The position numbers and the translations under genes were made by a program. Of a stretch of 64,000 nucleotides of DNA, positions 63,332 to 64,000 are shown piece after piece. The notes below the pieces were generated by a model. That model saw nothing but the letters and a program-made list of their open reading frames with translations, ran no database searches and was not told where the DNA came from. How positions within the stretch are numbered: position 1 is the stretch's first letter; each line of letters opens with the position of its first letter. This DNA is from Gnetum montanum. Lineage: Eukaryota > Plantae > Gnetophyta. Location: assembly GCA_015680685.1 (NCBI GenBank), contig MNCI01000381.1, positions 152,676 through 216,675 of the forward strand, given 5' to 3'.

Positions 63332-64000
63332 TGTGTATCAACATTCAAATTTATCATGTTTTTTGATACAACCATATATTTTATAAAAAATTAATTAATT
63401 ATTTCATTTTTAATTCTAAAGTTATCAAAATTTTGTGCTATTTTCAATTATATAATTTATTAATTTTGAATGGACTAGTTAAATTCATTTTCAAGAGTCT
63501 CCCAAACTTCTTTGGTTGTGGAGTAATTGATTATTCTTATAGTAGTAATATTAGAAATAGAAGTAATAATAATAATAACCTTACCCAATACATTTTTCTT
63601 TCTTTTATCCTTATAATTCATTTTTGTCTAGCATTTATAATGATAAGGTCTAAATTTACAGAAAATCATCTTCAATAATGTTCCTCATTCATGAGTTTTT
63701 AGTAGCATCTTCTTACATTGGAGTAGGTTCACTTCACTAATTAATTGTCTTCAAATACTAAATCCAGATATTATGTAAAGATAAAAATTTTTGCTAGAAA
63801 ATAAGAAAACTAGTTATCTTCAATTAATTTATTAGAAGATTACAATAAGATTCTCAAAACCCACACACACCCAAAACCTGTCATACTCAAATGATATTGC
63901 AGAGCATGAGGCTCTACAACCACACAATGGCTATTCTTAATGCAAAACACAACCAATTAAAGAATCTCTCCCATAACTTGGGACTCAGATCTCAACTCAC

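Overview
Plant nuclear DNA from a large, TE-rich genome; the species cannot be determined from the window. One host gene is present: a 14-exon SNF2/SWI2 chromatin-remodelling ATPase of the CHR12/CHR23 (MINUSCULE) type on the + strand (2206-37799, about 1191 aa by manual splicing). Its introns are inflated by L1-clade LINEs, RTE fragments and a small Copia-derived LTR element. Downstream lies a CRM-like Ty3/Gypsy element (39427-59237, TSD AAAAT) split inside its RT by an antisense Athila-like element (42710-55929, TSD CCAAT), then a young 5'-truncated LINE (59277-62242) and a Copia remnant. Main finding: four copies of one L1-type LINE family whose ORF2 has no recognisable RNase H after the zf-RVT. 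It instead continues in frame into a domain resembling plant LTR-retrotransposon accessory proteins, an acidic coiled coil and, in three of four copies, a terminal DnaJ/Hsp40 J-domain. The HPD motif is intact in the youngest copy (61721-61729). All domain calls are by-eye motif recognition; no database searches were run, so novelty is unverified.
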